Positions 9,547-18,217 of a DNA stretch of 64,000 bases are shown here, piece by piece (the stretch's first letter is position 1; each line of letters begins with the position of its first letter). Below the pieces are notes generated by a model, which was not told the origin of the DNA, searched no databases, and worked only from the letters and a program-made list of their open reading frames with translations. The DNA is taken from positions 276-64,275 of the forward strand of contig CALSBM010000004.1 in the NCBI GenBank assembly GCA_943373175.1, in the 5' to 3' direction. This DNA is from Chitinophaga pinensis. Its GTDB lineage: Bacteria; Bacteroidota; Bacteroidia; UBA7662; JAIXUI01. The translations under genes and the position numbers were made by a program.

Positions 9547-10007
9547 TTATCCCCAGCTTGACTTCCTCTTCTGACGAAGTTGTAAGCAGTCAGAATTATC
9601 CTCCGGGCTTTAACGAGACCTTGTTGAATATCTCTATTCTTGGTCTATTGCTGTTGTTCCTGCTCAGGTGTTACAGATACCTGACTGCTTAGTGTAGTAA
9701 ATTACATTCCGGTATCCTGAGAAACAGTTATTTGCCTCATCGCTTTGCCGAAACTGCTTCGCTGAATTTATTTGAAGCATTTAATCTGATGGCCTTCAAT
9801 ACAATAGTTGAAAGGCTTAATCCTTGTTCAACTCGTCAAACCAAACTACTATAAAGCAACTTAATTTCAATCACTTATGAGCAGATTACCAAAGACCGAG
9901 ATTAATCAAAAATGGTGCTTTAACAATCAAAGAAAAAGTTGGAAAACAAAGGGAAACAAAGCAATACCAACAAACCGTAGTTGTGTTTCGAACCTACAAG
10001 TTTCCGT

Positions 10008-10910
10008 TTAATTGAGCTGTACGTTAAGCAATTGATTCAGCTTCGAAACCATTTCGCTTAAGCTTTCCAATAAACAAATTCCTGAAGGAAGTAAATGCTT
10101 AACGTCCAAGGCTTGCCGGCCAGAGGCCAGAATGGTTTGTTTAGGAAAGTCTTTTTGTAAGCGAATCAAATACTCTTCTGCACTTATCGTGGTAAGTGGA
10201 GAGGTAAGCACGGTGAATAAAACTTGTGGCTGGTAAATCTCGCAGACTACCTGAAGATCAGGATAGGGTACATTCTGACCAAGGTAAATGCACTTAGCAC
10301 CTTTTGAACGTACAACAAAACAAGCATACAAAAGCCCTATTTCGTGCCACTCGTTTTCTGGCAAAAACAACAGAAATCGAGGAGCATGAGGGCGATCCTG
10401 GGAAGATTGACCATCGATAGCGACGATAAGCTTTTGCCGAATTAGATTGGTGATAAAATGCTCGTGTGCAGGATTGATGATTCCCGTTTGCCACATGATG
10501 CCTATTTGTTGGAAAAATGGAAAAATTACTTCTTCCATAGTCCGTTGAAGCCCTAATTGAAGAATGCTGGTTGATAAGAGCCGTTCGAATTGCGTTTCAT
10601 TTAGGTCCAGCATTGCGGTGGTCAAGGCCATCATTTTTCCACTTGCCGCCTCGCTTTTCAGTGTATGCTCCTGAACTAACTGGCATAACTTGCTTTCATT
10701 CATGTTAGCCAGTTCAGAAATCTTATATCCAAACCGATATAATACGCTAACATTTAACAACTTACGTAAATCTTCCTCAGAATAAGCACGGATATTCGTA
10801 TCCGAGCGATTCGGAGATGTTAAGTTATAGCGCTGTTCCCAGACGCGAATTGTATGAGCTTTTATGCCAACAATAGCTTCAATGTCTTTGATAGAGTATA
10901 AGTGAGGCAC
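10008..10910 (-). CDS. MerR-family regulator with C-terminal cobalamin (B12)-binding domain (CarH/LitR-like)
   Basis: N-terminal MerR HTH (YSIKDIEAIVGIKAHTIRVWEQRY). C-terminal Rossmann-like region contains E-W-H-E-I-G, which matches the DxHxxG lower-axial His B12 motif. Confidence 0.6.
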   Translation of the reverse strand: MPHLYSIKDIEAIVGIKAHTIRVWEQRYNLTSPNRSDTNIRAYSEEDLRKLLNVSVLYRFGYKISELANMNESKLCQLVQEHTLKSEAASGKMMALTTAMLDLNETQFERLLSTSILQLGLQRTMEEVIFPFFQQIGIMWQTGIINPAHEHFITNLIRQKLIVAIDGQSSQDRPHAPRFLLFLPENEWHEIGLLYACFVVRSKGAKCIYLGQNVPYPDLQVVCEIYQPQVLFTVLTSPLTTISAEEYLIRLQKDFPKQTILASGRQALDVKHLLPSGICLLESLSEMVSKLNQLLNVQLN

Positions 10911-10971
10911 ATATTTTTAACACCTGCCTTTCGAGATTGTTTTAACAGCACCATTTTATTGAAGTAGATTT

Positions 10972-11388
10972 TCAAAGAAGAATGGCCATGTTCGAACTGG
11001 CCTTCCCTATAAGGCGTAGTTCGCCCTTATTGACGGTATAAATTTCTGCTTCGCAATAACTTATACGGCTGCCCGCCTTAATTACTGTACCTACGGCTTG
11101 CAATCGTTCCCCATAGCCTGGAGCTAAAAAATGTTGATGCAAATCGATTGTAACAACTTTAGCTCCCTCGGGTGCACGAGTGTAAGCAGCAAATCCCATA
11201 ACCAAATCGGCGGCAGAGAGAATTACCCCACCGTGAACTCTGCCAAAATGCTGAAAAGCAAAACTTGCCAACTCCATGGATCCGGTAACTATACCCTCTT
11301 CGATCGTATCGATATCAAAACCTAAATGATGCATGAAATGCTGTTCCTTCAGCATGTTTCGGATGGCAACTTCTCTGGGATGCGACAT
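10972..11388 (-). CDS. PaaI-family hotdog thioesterase
   Basis: 138 aa. FGRVHGGVILSAADLVMGFAAY matches the PaaI/4HBT hotdog signature. Confidence 0.65.
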   Translation of the reverse strand: MSHPREVAIRNMLKEQHFMHHLGFDIDTIEEGIVTGSMELASFAFQHFGRVHGGVILSAADLVMGFAAYTRAPEGAKVVTIDLHQHFLAPGYGERLQAVGTVIKAGSRISYCEAEIYTVNKGELRLIGKASSNMAILL

Positions 11389-11426
11389 AGGTCGGCAAGG
11401 TAAAGCATTTCAATTACCTTTGCCGC

Positions 11427-12212
11427 ATGGAAGTACGCCTGGCAGATTCGGCTTACCGCGAAGAAGACAGCCATTCTCAGCATCTATTCCTTTATCCGGG
11501 ACCAGAAAACCTGTCATGGCTGATAACCGAATCCGGTGAAACTCGTTTTCTGGGAAGTAAACCTTGGAATGGCAATGGAAATGTTGAAGCTGTTCATCAA
11601 CTTATAGCTAACGAAGAATCGTTAGGCTTTCCATACGCCTCTACCCATATCTTACTCAGCACCGACAGACTCAACTTGGTTCCGCAGGATTTGTATCGAT
11701 CGGGAGAAGGCATGGATTATTTTGAGGTTGCAGACGATTTAAGTATTGAAGAAGAATTGCAACGCTCCAGAGCTGCTTCTTCTCTTTATGAGACTCTTTT
11801 TCCTATGAGTCGTGGCTATTTGTTAGCTTGGCAAATCGCTTTTCCAAAGGCACAAATTCGTTTTCTTCATGATATGGTGTTAGAATGGTCGCCGAATGGA
11901 CTTTCGATTTGGAAAGAAGCTAAAAGAGCATTGTTCTGCTGTAAAAAGGATGAAGAATTACTTGCTTTTCAGGTAAAACCAACGGAAACAGCGGATGACT
12001 TTCGTTATCAGACAGAATTATTTTTACAAGCTAAGTTCCTTATAGATAAAGGCGAAGGAATGATTAATCTCTTTAATTGCGGAGAAGCTACTTCGGAGAA
12101 CTGGAATTTTTCGATTTTATCACAGCCTTCTGGGCTTCGTATTTCGCCCACCCATCTCGAATTAGTTAGTAAAGGGCACTTTTACCCCTTGTTTCGTTTG
12201 GCATGCGAATAA
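11427..12212 (+). CDS. hypothetical protein (possibly DUF3822)
   Basis: 261 aa with no motif recognised. Sits immediately upstream of and overlapping rsmD, as DUF3822 genes often do in Bacteroidota. Confidence 0.35.
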   Translation: MEVRLADSAYREEDSHSQHLFLYPGPENLSWLITESGETRFLGSKPWNGNGNVEAVHQLIANEESLGFPYASTHILLSTDRLNLVPQDLYRSGEGMDYFEVADDLSIEEELQRSRAASSLYETLFPMSRGYLLAWQIAFPKAQIRFLHDMVLEWSPNGLSIWKEAKRALFCCKKDEELLAFQVKPTETADDFRYQTELFLQAKFLIDKGEGMINLFNCGEATSENWNFSILSQPSGLRISPTHLELVSKGHFYPLFRLACE

Positions 12213-12736
12213 TTGGCGGAACAGCCGGTGGAAGAATTCTCAAAGTACCCTCCGGTTTACCGGTGCGCCCTACAACCGACAAAGCCAAGCTCGCATTGTT
12301 CAATAAACTTGACCATTCTTGGGAAATCGACGGTTTGTTGGCTTTAGACCTATTTTCAGGCACTGGAAGTTTCGCTTTAGAAATTGCTTCAAGAGGCGCG
12401 AAAGCCATCGCGATAGATCAGCATCAAGGATGCTGTACTTTTATAAAACAAAGTGCACAACAATTGGAACTTCCTGTTCATGTCGTGCAATCTGAGGTAT
12501 TCGGATATTTACTAAGAAAACCCGAACAGCCGTTCAACCTAATTTTTGCCGATCCGCCCTATCAACATGTTCAACTTAGGCGACTTCCAGAATTAATCAT
12601 CGAACACTGGTTGGCACCGGAAGGATGGTTCATTCTGGAACATCCACGTTCTTATTCGTTTTCCGAAAATCCTAATATTCTGGAAGAAAGAATCTTCGGT
12701 CAAAGCGTTTTCACCATATTTGAACGCCATGCCTAA
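12203..12736 (+). CDS. rsmD: 16S rRNA (guanine966-N2)-methyltransferase RsmD
   Basis: SAM motif LDLFSGTGSFALE and catalytic FADPPY. 177 aa. Confidence 0.8.
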   Translation: MRIIGGTAGGRILKVPSGLPVRPTTDKAKLALFNKLDHSWEIDGLLALDLFSGTGSFALEIASRGAKAIAIDQHQGCCTFIKQSAQQLELPVHVVQSEVFGYLLRKPEQPFNLIFADPPYQHVQLRRLPELIIEHWLAPEGWFILEHPRSYSFSENPNILEERIFGQSVFTIFERHA

Positions 12737-13196
12737 GATTGCCCTTTTCCCCGGCTCGTTTGACCCCATTACTATGGGTCATGTTGACATCATCAAAAGG
12801 GCAGCCCCTTTGTTTGATGAATTGGTGATAGGACTTGGCAGTAACAGCCAAAAATCCTCTTTATTTAACTTAGAACAACGGCTCGAATGGATTAGGGAAG
12901 AATTCAAGCATTTGCCCAAAGTGAGGGTTGAAGAGTATCAAGGGTTGACCGTAAACTACTGCAAACTAATTGGTGCTTCCTTCATCATTCGTGGATTGCG
13001 CTCAGCTCCAGATTTTGAGTACGAAAAGAACATTGCCCAGTTCAACAAAGCGATGGAAGGAATTGACACGCTCTTTTTCATGACTGAACCTGCACTCTCT
13101 CCTATTTCATCCTCCATAGTAAGGGACATAATCCGTAATCAAGGTGATCCCAGCCCGTTTGTACCAGAAAGCGTTAAGCAACACTTTAGGAAGTAG
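12720..13196 (+). CDS. coaD: phosphopantetheine adenylyltransferase
   Basis: IALFPGSFDPITMGHVDII (HxGH-type nucleotidyltransferase). About 158 aa. The real start may be ATG 12729. Confidence 0.85.
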   Translation: MNAMPKIALFPGSFDPITMGHVDIIKRAAPLFDELVIGLGSNSQKSSLFNLEQRLEWIREEFKHLPKVRVEEYQGLTVNYCKLIGASFIIRGLRSAPDFEYEKNIAQFNKAMEGIDTLFFMTEPALSPISSSIVRDIIRNQGDPSPFVPESVKQHFRK

Positions 13197-13250
13197 AAGC
13201 AGAATAGTTCGTAGGCGAAATAGTCCAATAGAATTTGGCAAATTTGCGCC

Positions 13251-14633
13251 GTGAGTAAACCAGCACTTGCCCGGGGCACCCGGGATTTTAGTCCAGCCGA
13301 AATGGCCAAACGCCAGTATGTATTTCATGTTCTCGAGCGCCTTTTCAAGCTTTATGGATTCCAACCTTTGGAAACTCCTGCAGTCGAGAACATTGAAACG
13401 CTTACCGGAAAGTATGGTGAAGAAGGTGATCGCCTAATTTTCAAAATTCTTAATTCAGGCAACTACCTCGAAAACATTACCCATGAGGCTTTTGAACAAG
13501 CTAAAGCCAGCCATTCGAAAAGCCTGACTCCCGCGATTTGCGAAAAAGCCCTTCGTTACGATTTGACGATTCCTTTTGCGAGGTATATAGCCATGAATCA
13601 TGGTCAACTTGCATTTCCTTTTCGCCGATTTCAGATGCAGCCTGTTTGGAGGGCCGATCGCCCTCAAAAAGGGCGTTACCGTGAATTTTACCAATGCGAT
13701 GCCGACATAATCGGGAGTAACTCAATCCTGATGGAGACCGATTTAGTATCGCTTTATCATGAAGGATTTGTTTCGCTGGGATTTAAAGACTTTTCGATTT
13801 ATGTGAATCATCGGGTGGTGCTTCAATCTCTGGCTAGGTGTTGCGGCTGTGTAGAACAAACTGATTTTATCCAATTTGTAACAACGCTGGATAAATGGGA
13901 TAAAATAGGAAAAGAAAAAGTGGTCGAAGAGTGGTCAGGCTGGTTGCCGAATCAACATTCTCTCAACGAAGTTGTTGAGTTGCTTGAAGAAGAAAATGTT
14001 TCATTAAAAACGCTTTCAGACTTCTTTTCCAATTATTTAAATCAATCAGATTATACTTCCGGAATACAAGATTTACAAACCTTAATGAGCTACTGCGCTT
14101 CAATTCCAACCTTAAAATTCAATCTAAAACTTGCGCGTGGTTTAGATTATTACACCGGTTGTGTGTTTGAAGTTGTAACTCACGAAATGGCAATGGGAAG
14201 TCTTGGAGGTGGAGGACGATACGACAACCTAACAGGAGTTTTCGGATTGAAGGACATGAGCGGAGTTGGAATTTCATTTGGCTTTGAGCGAATAGTAGAT
14301 GTTATGTCCCATCTGAATTTGTTTCCAGACTCCTTAACTTCTTCAGCTAAGCTATTGGTTATTGCCTTGGACGAGCAAGTTATGGAACATGCCTATAAAC
14401 TGCTTCAATCCATTCGAAAGCTTGGAATCAGTGCAGACCTTTATCCAGAAATTGTAAAAATGAAAAAATCGCTCTCGTATGCAGAAAATAGAGGTACTCA
14501 AAACGTTATTCTTATTGGAAGCACCGAAGTTGAAAACCAGCAGTTTATCCTGAAAAACTTAACTACTGGAAACCAGAAAACGCTGAATTTGAACAACATT
14601 AGTCAACTACACACTGCATTAGAGGCAGAATAA
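13251..14633 (+). CDS. hisS: histidine--tRNA ligase
   Basis: GTG start. HisRS motifs RGTRDF, RYDLTIPFARY, FRRFQMQPVWRADRPQKGRYREFYQCD. 460 aa. Confidence 0.9.
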   Translation: MSKPALARGTRDFSPAEMAKRQYVFHVLERLFKLYGFQPLETPAVENIETLTGKYGEEGDRLIFKILNSGNYLENITHEAFEQAKASHSKSLTPAICEKALRYDLTIPFARYIAMNHGQLAFPFRRFQMQPVWRADRPQKGRYREFYQCDADIIGSNSILMETDLVSLYHEGFVSLGFKDFSIYVNHRVVLQSLARCCGCVEQTDFIQFVTTLDKWDKIGKEKVVEEWSGWLPNQHSLNEVVELLEEENVSLKTLSDFFSNYLNQSDYTSGIQDLQTLMSYCASIPTLKFNLKLARGLDYYTGCVFEVVTHEMAMGSLGGGGRYDNLTGVFGLKDMSGVGISFGFERIVDVMSHLNLFPDSLTSSAKLLVIALDEQVMEHAYKLLQSIRKLGISADLYPEIVKMKKSLSYAENRGTQNVILIGSTEVENQQFILKNLTTGNQKTLNLNNISQLHTALEAE

Positions 14634-14642
14634 AATTTCACG

Positions 14643-16133
14643 ATGAGTACCATTCTGGCAGGGTTGCCCCTCAGCATTGATCAACTTCGTCCGGTAGCAT
14701 TAGGCGAAGTGAAAATTGAACTTAGTTCTTTAGCACATTCCAACATTGAAAAGAGTTACCATTACCTGAGGGATAAACTTTCCCAGTCGGATCGCTTGTT
14801 TTATGGCATCAATACCGGATTTGGTGCATTGTGTAACATCGCCATTTTATCCGAAGATTTGAGCCTGCTGCAACACAACTTAGTACGCTCTCATGCCTGT
14901 GGTTGTGGTGAAAAAGTCCCTGCTCCAATCGTTAGACTGATGATGTTTCTGAAAATACAATCGTTGTCCTACGGATATTCAGCAGTAAATCCTGAAACAG
15001 TGGGGTTGTTGCTTAACCTGTACAACCTTGATATTCTCCCGATAATTTACAACCAAGGCTCACTGGGAGCTTCTGGAGACCTTGCGCCATTAGCTCATTT
15101 AAGCCTTCCCCTAATTGGCGAAGGCATGGTGAATTACCTCGGAAGAGAAATGCCTGCTCAAGAAGCCTTAACTCTTGCAGGGTTAAAACCAATCCAATTA
15201 GGTGCTAAGGAAGGATTAGCCCTGTTGAATGGAACGCAGTTCATGTTAGCTTATGCATGTTGGTGCTTAATGGAAGCAGACCATCTAATGCATTGGGCAG
15301 ATTTTCTCGCTGCTGCATCCTTAGATGCGTTCGATGGTAAAATAGAGCCTTTTCGTCCCGAGTTGCATAGAATCAGGCCTCATCCAGGGCAACAGCTTTG
15401 TGCAACTAAGGTTTTGAGTTGGTTAGAAGGAAGTGAAATTCAAAAACAGGTAAAGGTTAATGTTCAGGATCCGTATTCGTTCCGTTGTGTCCCTCAGGTT
15501 CATGGGGCTAGCAGGCAAGTACTGGAACATGCGCGTCAAGTTGTAACCATCGAACTTAACTCCGTTACCGATAATCCCAATGTATTTCCAAACGAAGATG
15601 CCATTCTTTCTGGAGGCAACTTTCATGGACAACCATTGGCCTTGGTGATGGATTATCTCGCTATTGGCTTACATGAACTCGGACACATCAGCGAGCGTAG
15701 GGTATATAAGCTTATTAGTGGCGAGCGTAATCTTCCTTCATTTCTAGTATCAAATCCAGGACTTAACTCTGGACTTATGATTCCTCAGTACACGGCTGCC
15801 TCTATTGTCAGTCAGAATAAACAACTTTGTACTCCCGCTTCCGTTGACAGCATTCCATCGTCTAATGGTCAAGAAGATCATGTAAGCATGGGGGCTAACG
15901 CCGCAACCAAACTATTTCGGATTTTAGATAATCTTTATAGTCTGTTTTCCATTGAAATGCTCAATACAAGTCAAGCTTTGTATTTCCGGGAACCATTAAA
16001 TAGTTCTCTATCCATTGTAAAAGTCATCAATGCGTGGAGAAACAAAGTGCCACTTGTTGAGGTTGACAGAATATTCGCAAACGATATAGCAGAAGGCCGT
16101 GCTTTCATCCAAGAATACCAACCCCAACCTTAG
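14643..16133 (+). CDS. hutH: MIO-dependent aromatic/histidine ammonia-lyase (HutH-like)
   Basis: MIO triad Ala-Ser-Gly in GSLGASGDLAPLAHLS. An S-H pair in NLVRSHACG matches the HAL-type selectivity switch. Alignable along the whole length with Pseudomonas HutH. 496 aa. Confidence 0.75.
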   Translation: MSTILAGLPLSIDQLRPVALGEVKIELSSLAHSNIEKSYHYLRDKLSQSDRLFYGINTGFGALCNIAILSEDLSLLQHNLVRSHACGCGEKVPAPIVRLMMFLKIQSLSYGYSAVNPETVGLLLNLYNLDILPIIYNQGSLGASGDLAPLAHLSLPLIGEGMVNYLGREMPAQEALTLAGLKPIQLGAKEGLALLNGTQFMLAYACWCLMEADHLMHWADFLAAASLDAFDGKIEPFRPELHRIRPHPGQQLCATKVLSWLEGSEIQKQVKVNVQDPYSFRCVPQVHGASRQVLEHARQVVTIELNSVTDNPNVFPNEDAILSGGNFHGQPLALVMDYLAIGLHELGHISERRVYKLISGERNLPSFLVSNPGLNSGLMIPQYTAASIVSQNKQLCTPASVDSIPSSNGQEDHVSMGANAATKLFRILDNLYSLFSIEMLNTSQALYFREPLNSSLSIVKVINAWRNKVPLVEVDRIFANDIAEGRAFIQEYQPQP

Positions 16134-16758
16134 GATTCAACAAATCCGATCCGTTTATAGCAAAGCTGGATTTTGGGTACCCGCGTTAGTTTTTTTACTA
16201 ACTGGTTGGGTATTGATTTTCACCCTTCCTAAAGAAGTGAGTTTTCGCTGGCTTACGCATAATCATTCCCCTTGGTTGGATGTGGCTATGCGTAACCTTA
16301 CCTACCTCGGCGATGGTCTAATGTTGGTGTTGACGGTTCTAATTTTTCTTGGGATAGACAAATCGAAGTCTTGGCGAATTGCACTTGCCGGAATTTTCAC
16401 TTCCATTGTAGTTCAATCGCTCAAACATGGCCCCTTTAATCAGGTCGCAAGACCTTCTCTTCACTTCAGTCAAATAGGTGAAGCCATAAGGGCTATTCCC
16501 GGAGTTGAACAACATGCCATGAATAGTTTCCCATCTGGACACGCTGCATCGGCATTTGCCTTGTTTTGGATGTTGACTTTACTCAATACCCGCAAGCGAT
16601 ACGCATTTCCCTTTTTCATGCTCGCACTCACGGCAGCTTTTTCCAGGGTTTACCTCGGTCAACACTTTTTCAATGATATAGTAGCAGGTGCAACTATTGG
16701 AATGGCGGTATCGAGTTTCGTTTTCTGGCTGTGGCCTGTTAAAATTGAAAGTAAATAA
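16099..16758 (+). CDS. PAP2-family phosphatase (membrane)
   Basis: PAP2 motifs PSGHAASAF and SRVYLGQHFFNDIVAGA. Several TM segments. Overlaps the ammonia-lyase gene. Confidence 0.75.
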   Translation: MLSSKNTNPNLRIQQIRSVYSKAGFWVPALVFLLTGWVLIFTLPKEVSFRWLTHNHSPWLDVAMRNLTYLGDGLMLVLTVLIFLGIDKSKSWRIALAGIFTSIVVQSLKHGPFNQVARPSLHFSQIGEAIRAIPGVEQHAMNSFPSGHAASAFALFWMLTLLNTRKRYAFPFFMLALTAAFSRVYLGQHFFNDIVAGATIGMAVSSFVFWLWPVKIESK

Positions 16759-18217
16759 ACGGCTGAATGTCCGATGATTTAGTTTGAATAACTAACCAAA
16801 TTACCAGGCCGAGTGCAAATCCATGAACCCATAATGGCCATGATTTCTCCTGATTTGAACGAGCTTTTATTGTTTTTGCAGGTAGAAAATGTAAGCCTAT
16901 AGCCAGCAGCAGCATAGCAGCAACAACCGGAAAACCATTTATCCATTGAATCAGAATTTCTGGGTGAAAAGAACTGGCTATTTGACGAAGTTGGCTAATT
17001 GCGGTATCGAAATCAGGAATTCGGAAGAATATCCAGCAAAAACACACAAAATGGAAGGTAAGAAACCAAGAGAAAAATCTAAGGATAACAGCGGTTTTAC
17101 CACCCGATTCATTTGAAATACGGACTTTTTTATCCACAATCAATGCTGCACCATGTAGCCCTCCCCAAAGCATAAAGTTCCAACTTGCACCATGCCACAA
17201 TCCGCCTAACAGCATGGTAATCATAAGGTTTAAGTTTTGCCTCCATTGCGAACACCGATTTCCTCCTAATGGAATGTATAAGTAATCCCTCAGCCAGGTT
17301 GAAAGTGAAATATGCCAGCGTCGCCAAAAGTCGGTGATGTTGAGGCTTTGGTAGGGCTGAAGAAAGTTATCGGTTAGGCGGAAACCGAAAAGTAATGCTA
17401 TGCCTATAGCCATATCGCTGTATCCGGAGAAATCACAGAAAATCTGCATGGCATAGCCATAGACTGCTAGTAAATTTTCCACACCCGAAAACTGCATAGG
17501 GCTATCCATTACCCTGTCAACAAAATTTATGGAGATGTAATCGGAGATAACTGCTTTCTTGATAAGCCCCAGGGTAATCAAAGAAAATGCAGTAGCAGCT
17601 TCTGATTTTTTTAACGGTTCAAACTGCCTGACCTGGGGTAGGATATCGGCTGCTCGCACTATTGGTCCTGCAACAAGACGAGGGAAAAACGTCACGAAAA
17701 AGGCAAAATCGAGAAAATCGTGGGATTCTCTTTTTACTTCACCTCTATAAAGATCAACTATATAACTAATGGATTCGAAGGTGAAAAATGAAATACCAAC
17801 AGGCAAAATCCAGTTCAGCTTAAGAAAATGTGCTCCGGTAAGATCACTCCATAAAGCACCAAACAAATTGAAATACTTAAAAAGAGCGAGTAAGCCTAAA
17901 TCCCCAACTAAAGCGATTATCATGATTGTTTTCGCTTTCTTTTTACTTTTCTCGCTACTAATGGCTCCACCCATCCACCAGTTAAATAATCCATTGGCCA
18001 GTAACAATAGCCAGTAAATTCCGCTGGACTTGTAGTAAAAAAAGAGAGAAAACAGCACTATCCACGTTATGGCTGCTTTTCGTTTTACTGAAAGAAGAAT
18101 ATAAATGCCATAAACAAGGGGAAAAAGTAACAAAAACAAACCAGTATTGAACATCAACGGTTGTTTCGGAGCATAATACAACAACCGAAGTACTGCTTGC
18201 CAATCAATCACGGGCAT
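16739..18217 (-). CDS. MBOAT-family membrane O-acyltransferase (AlgI/DltB/PatA-like)
   Basis: WRRWHISLSTWLRDYLYIPLGG and LGGLWHGASWNF, including the conserved His. Polytopic. Start taken at the internal Met (MPVIDW) because the 18277 start would overlap the upstream gene by 74 bp. Confidence 0.75.
   Translation of the reverse strand: MPVIDWQAVLRLLYYAPKQPLMFNTGLFLLLFPLVYGIYILLSVKRKAAITWIVLFSLFFYYKSSGIYWLLLLANGLFNWWMGGAISSEKSKKKAKTIMIIALVGDLGLLALFKYFNLFGALWSDLTGAHFLKLNWILPVGISFFTFESISYIVDLYRGEVKRESHDFLDFAFFVTFFPRLVAGPIVRAADILPQVRQFEPLKKSEAATAFSLITLGLIKKAVISDYISINFVDRVMDSPMQFSGVENLLAVYGYAMQIFCDFSGYSDMAIGIALLFGFRLTDNFLQPYQSLNITDFWRRWHISLSTWLRDYLYIPLGGNRCSQWRQNLNLMITMLLGGLWHGASWNFMLWGGLHGAALIVDKKVRISNESGGKTAVILRFFSWFLTFHFVCFCWIFFRIPDFDTAISQLRQIASSFHPEILIQWINGFPVVAAMLLLAIGLHFLPAKTIKARSNQEKSWPLWVHGFALGLVIWLVIQTKSSDIQPFIYFQF

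Noticed and set aside
9975-10000. tRNA-like T-arm look-alike (gtagttgtgtttcgaacctac)
   Set aside because: It contains a TTCGAAC core but no acceptor, D or anticodon arm can be built around it, and the loop is 13 nt. Not a tRNA.
9877-10011. 44-aa basic ORF (MSRLPKTEINQKWCFNNQRK...) in the long convergent spacer
   Set aside because: Too short, with lysine-rich low complexity and no RBS-like context. More likely chance translation of an A-rich non-coding region. The spacer itself is reported as a finding.
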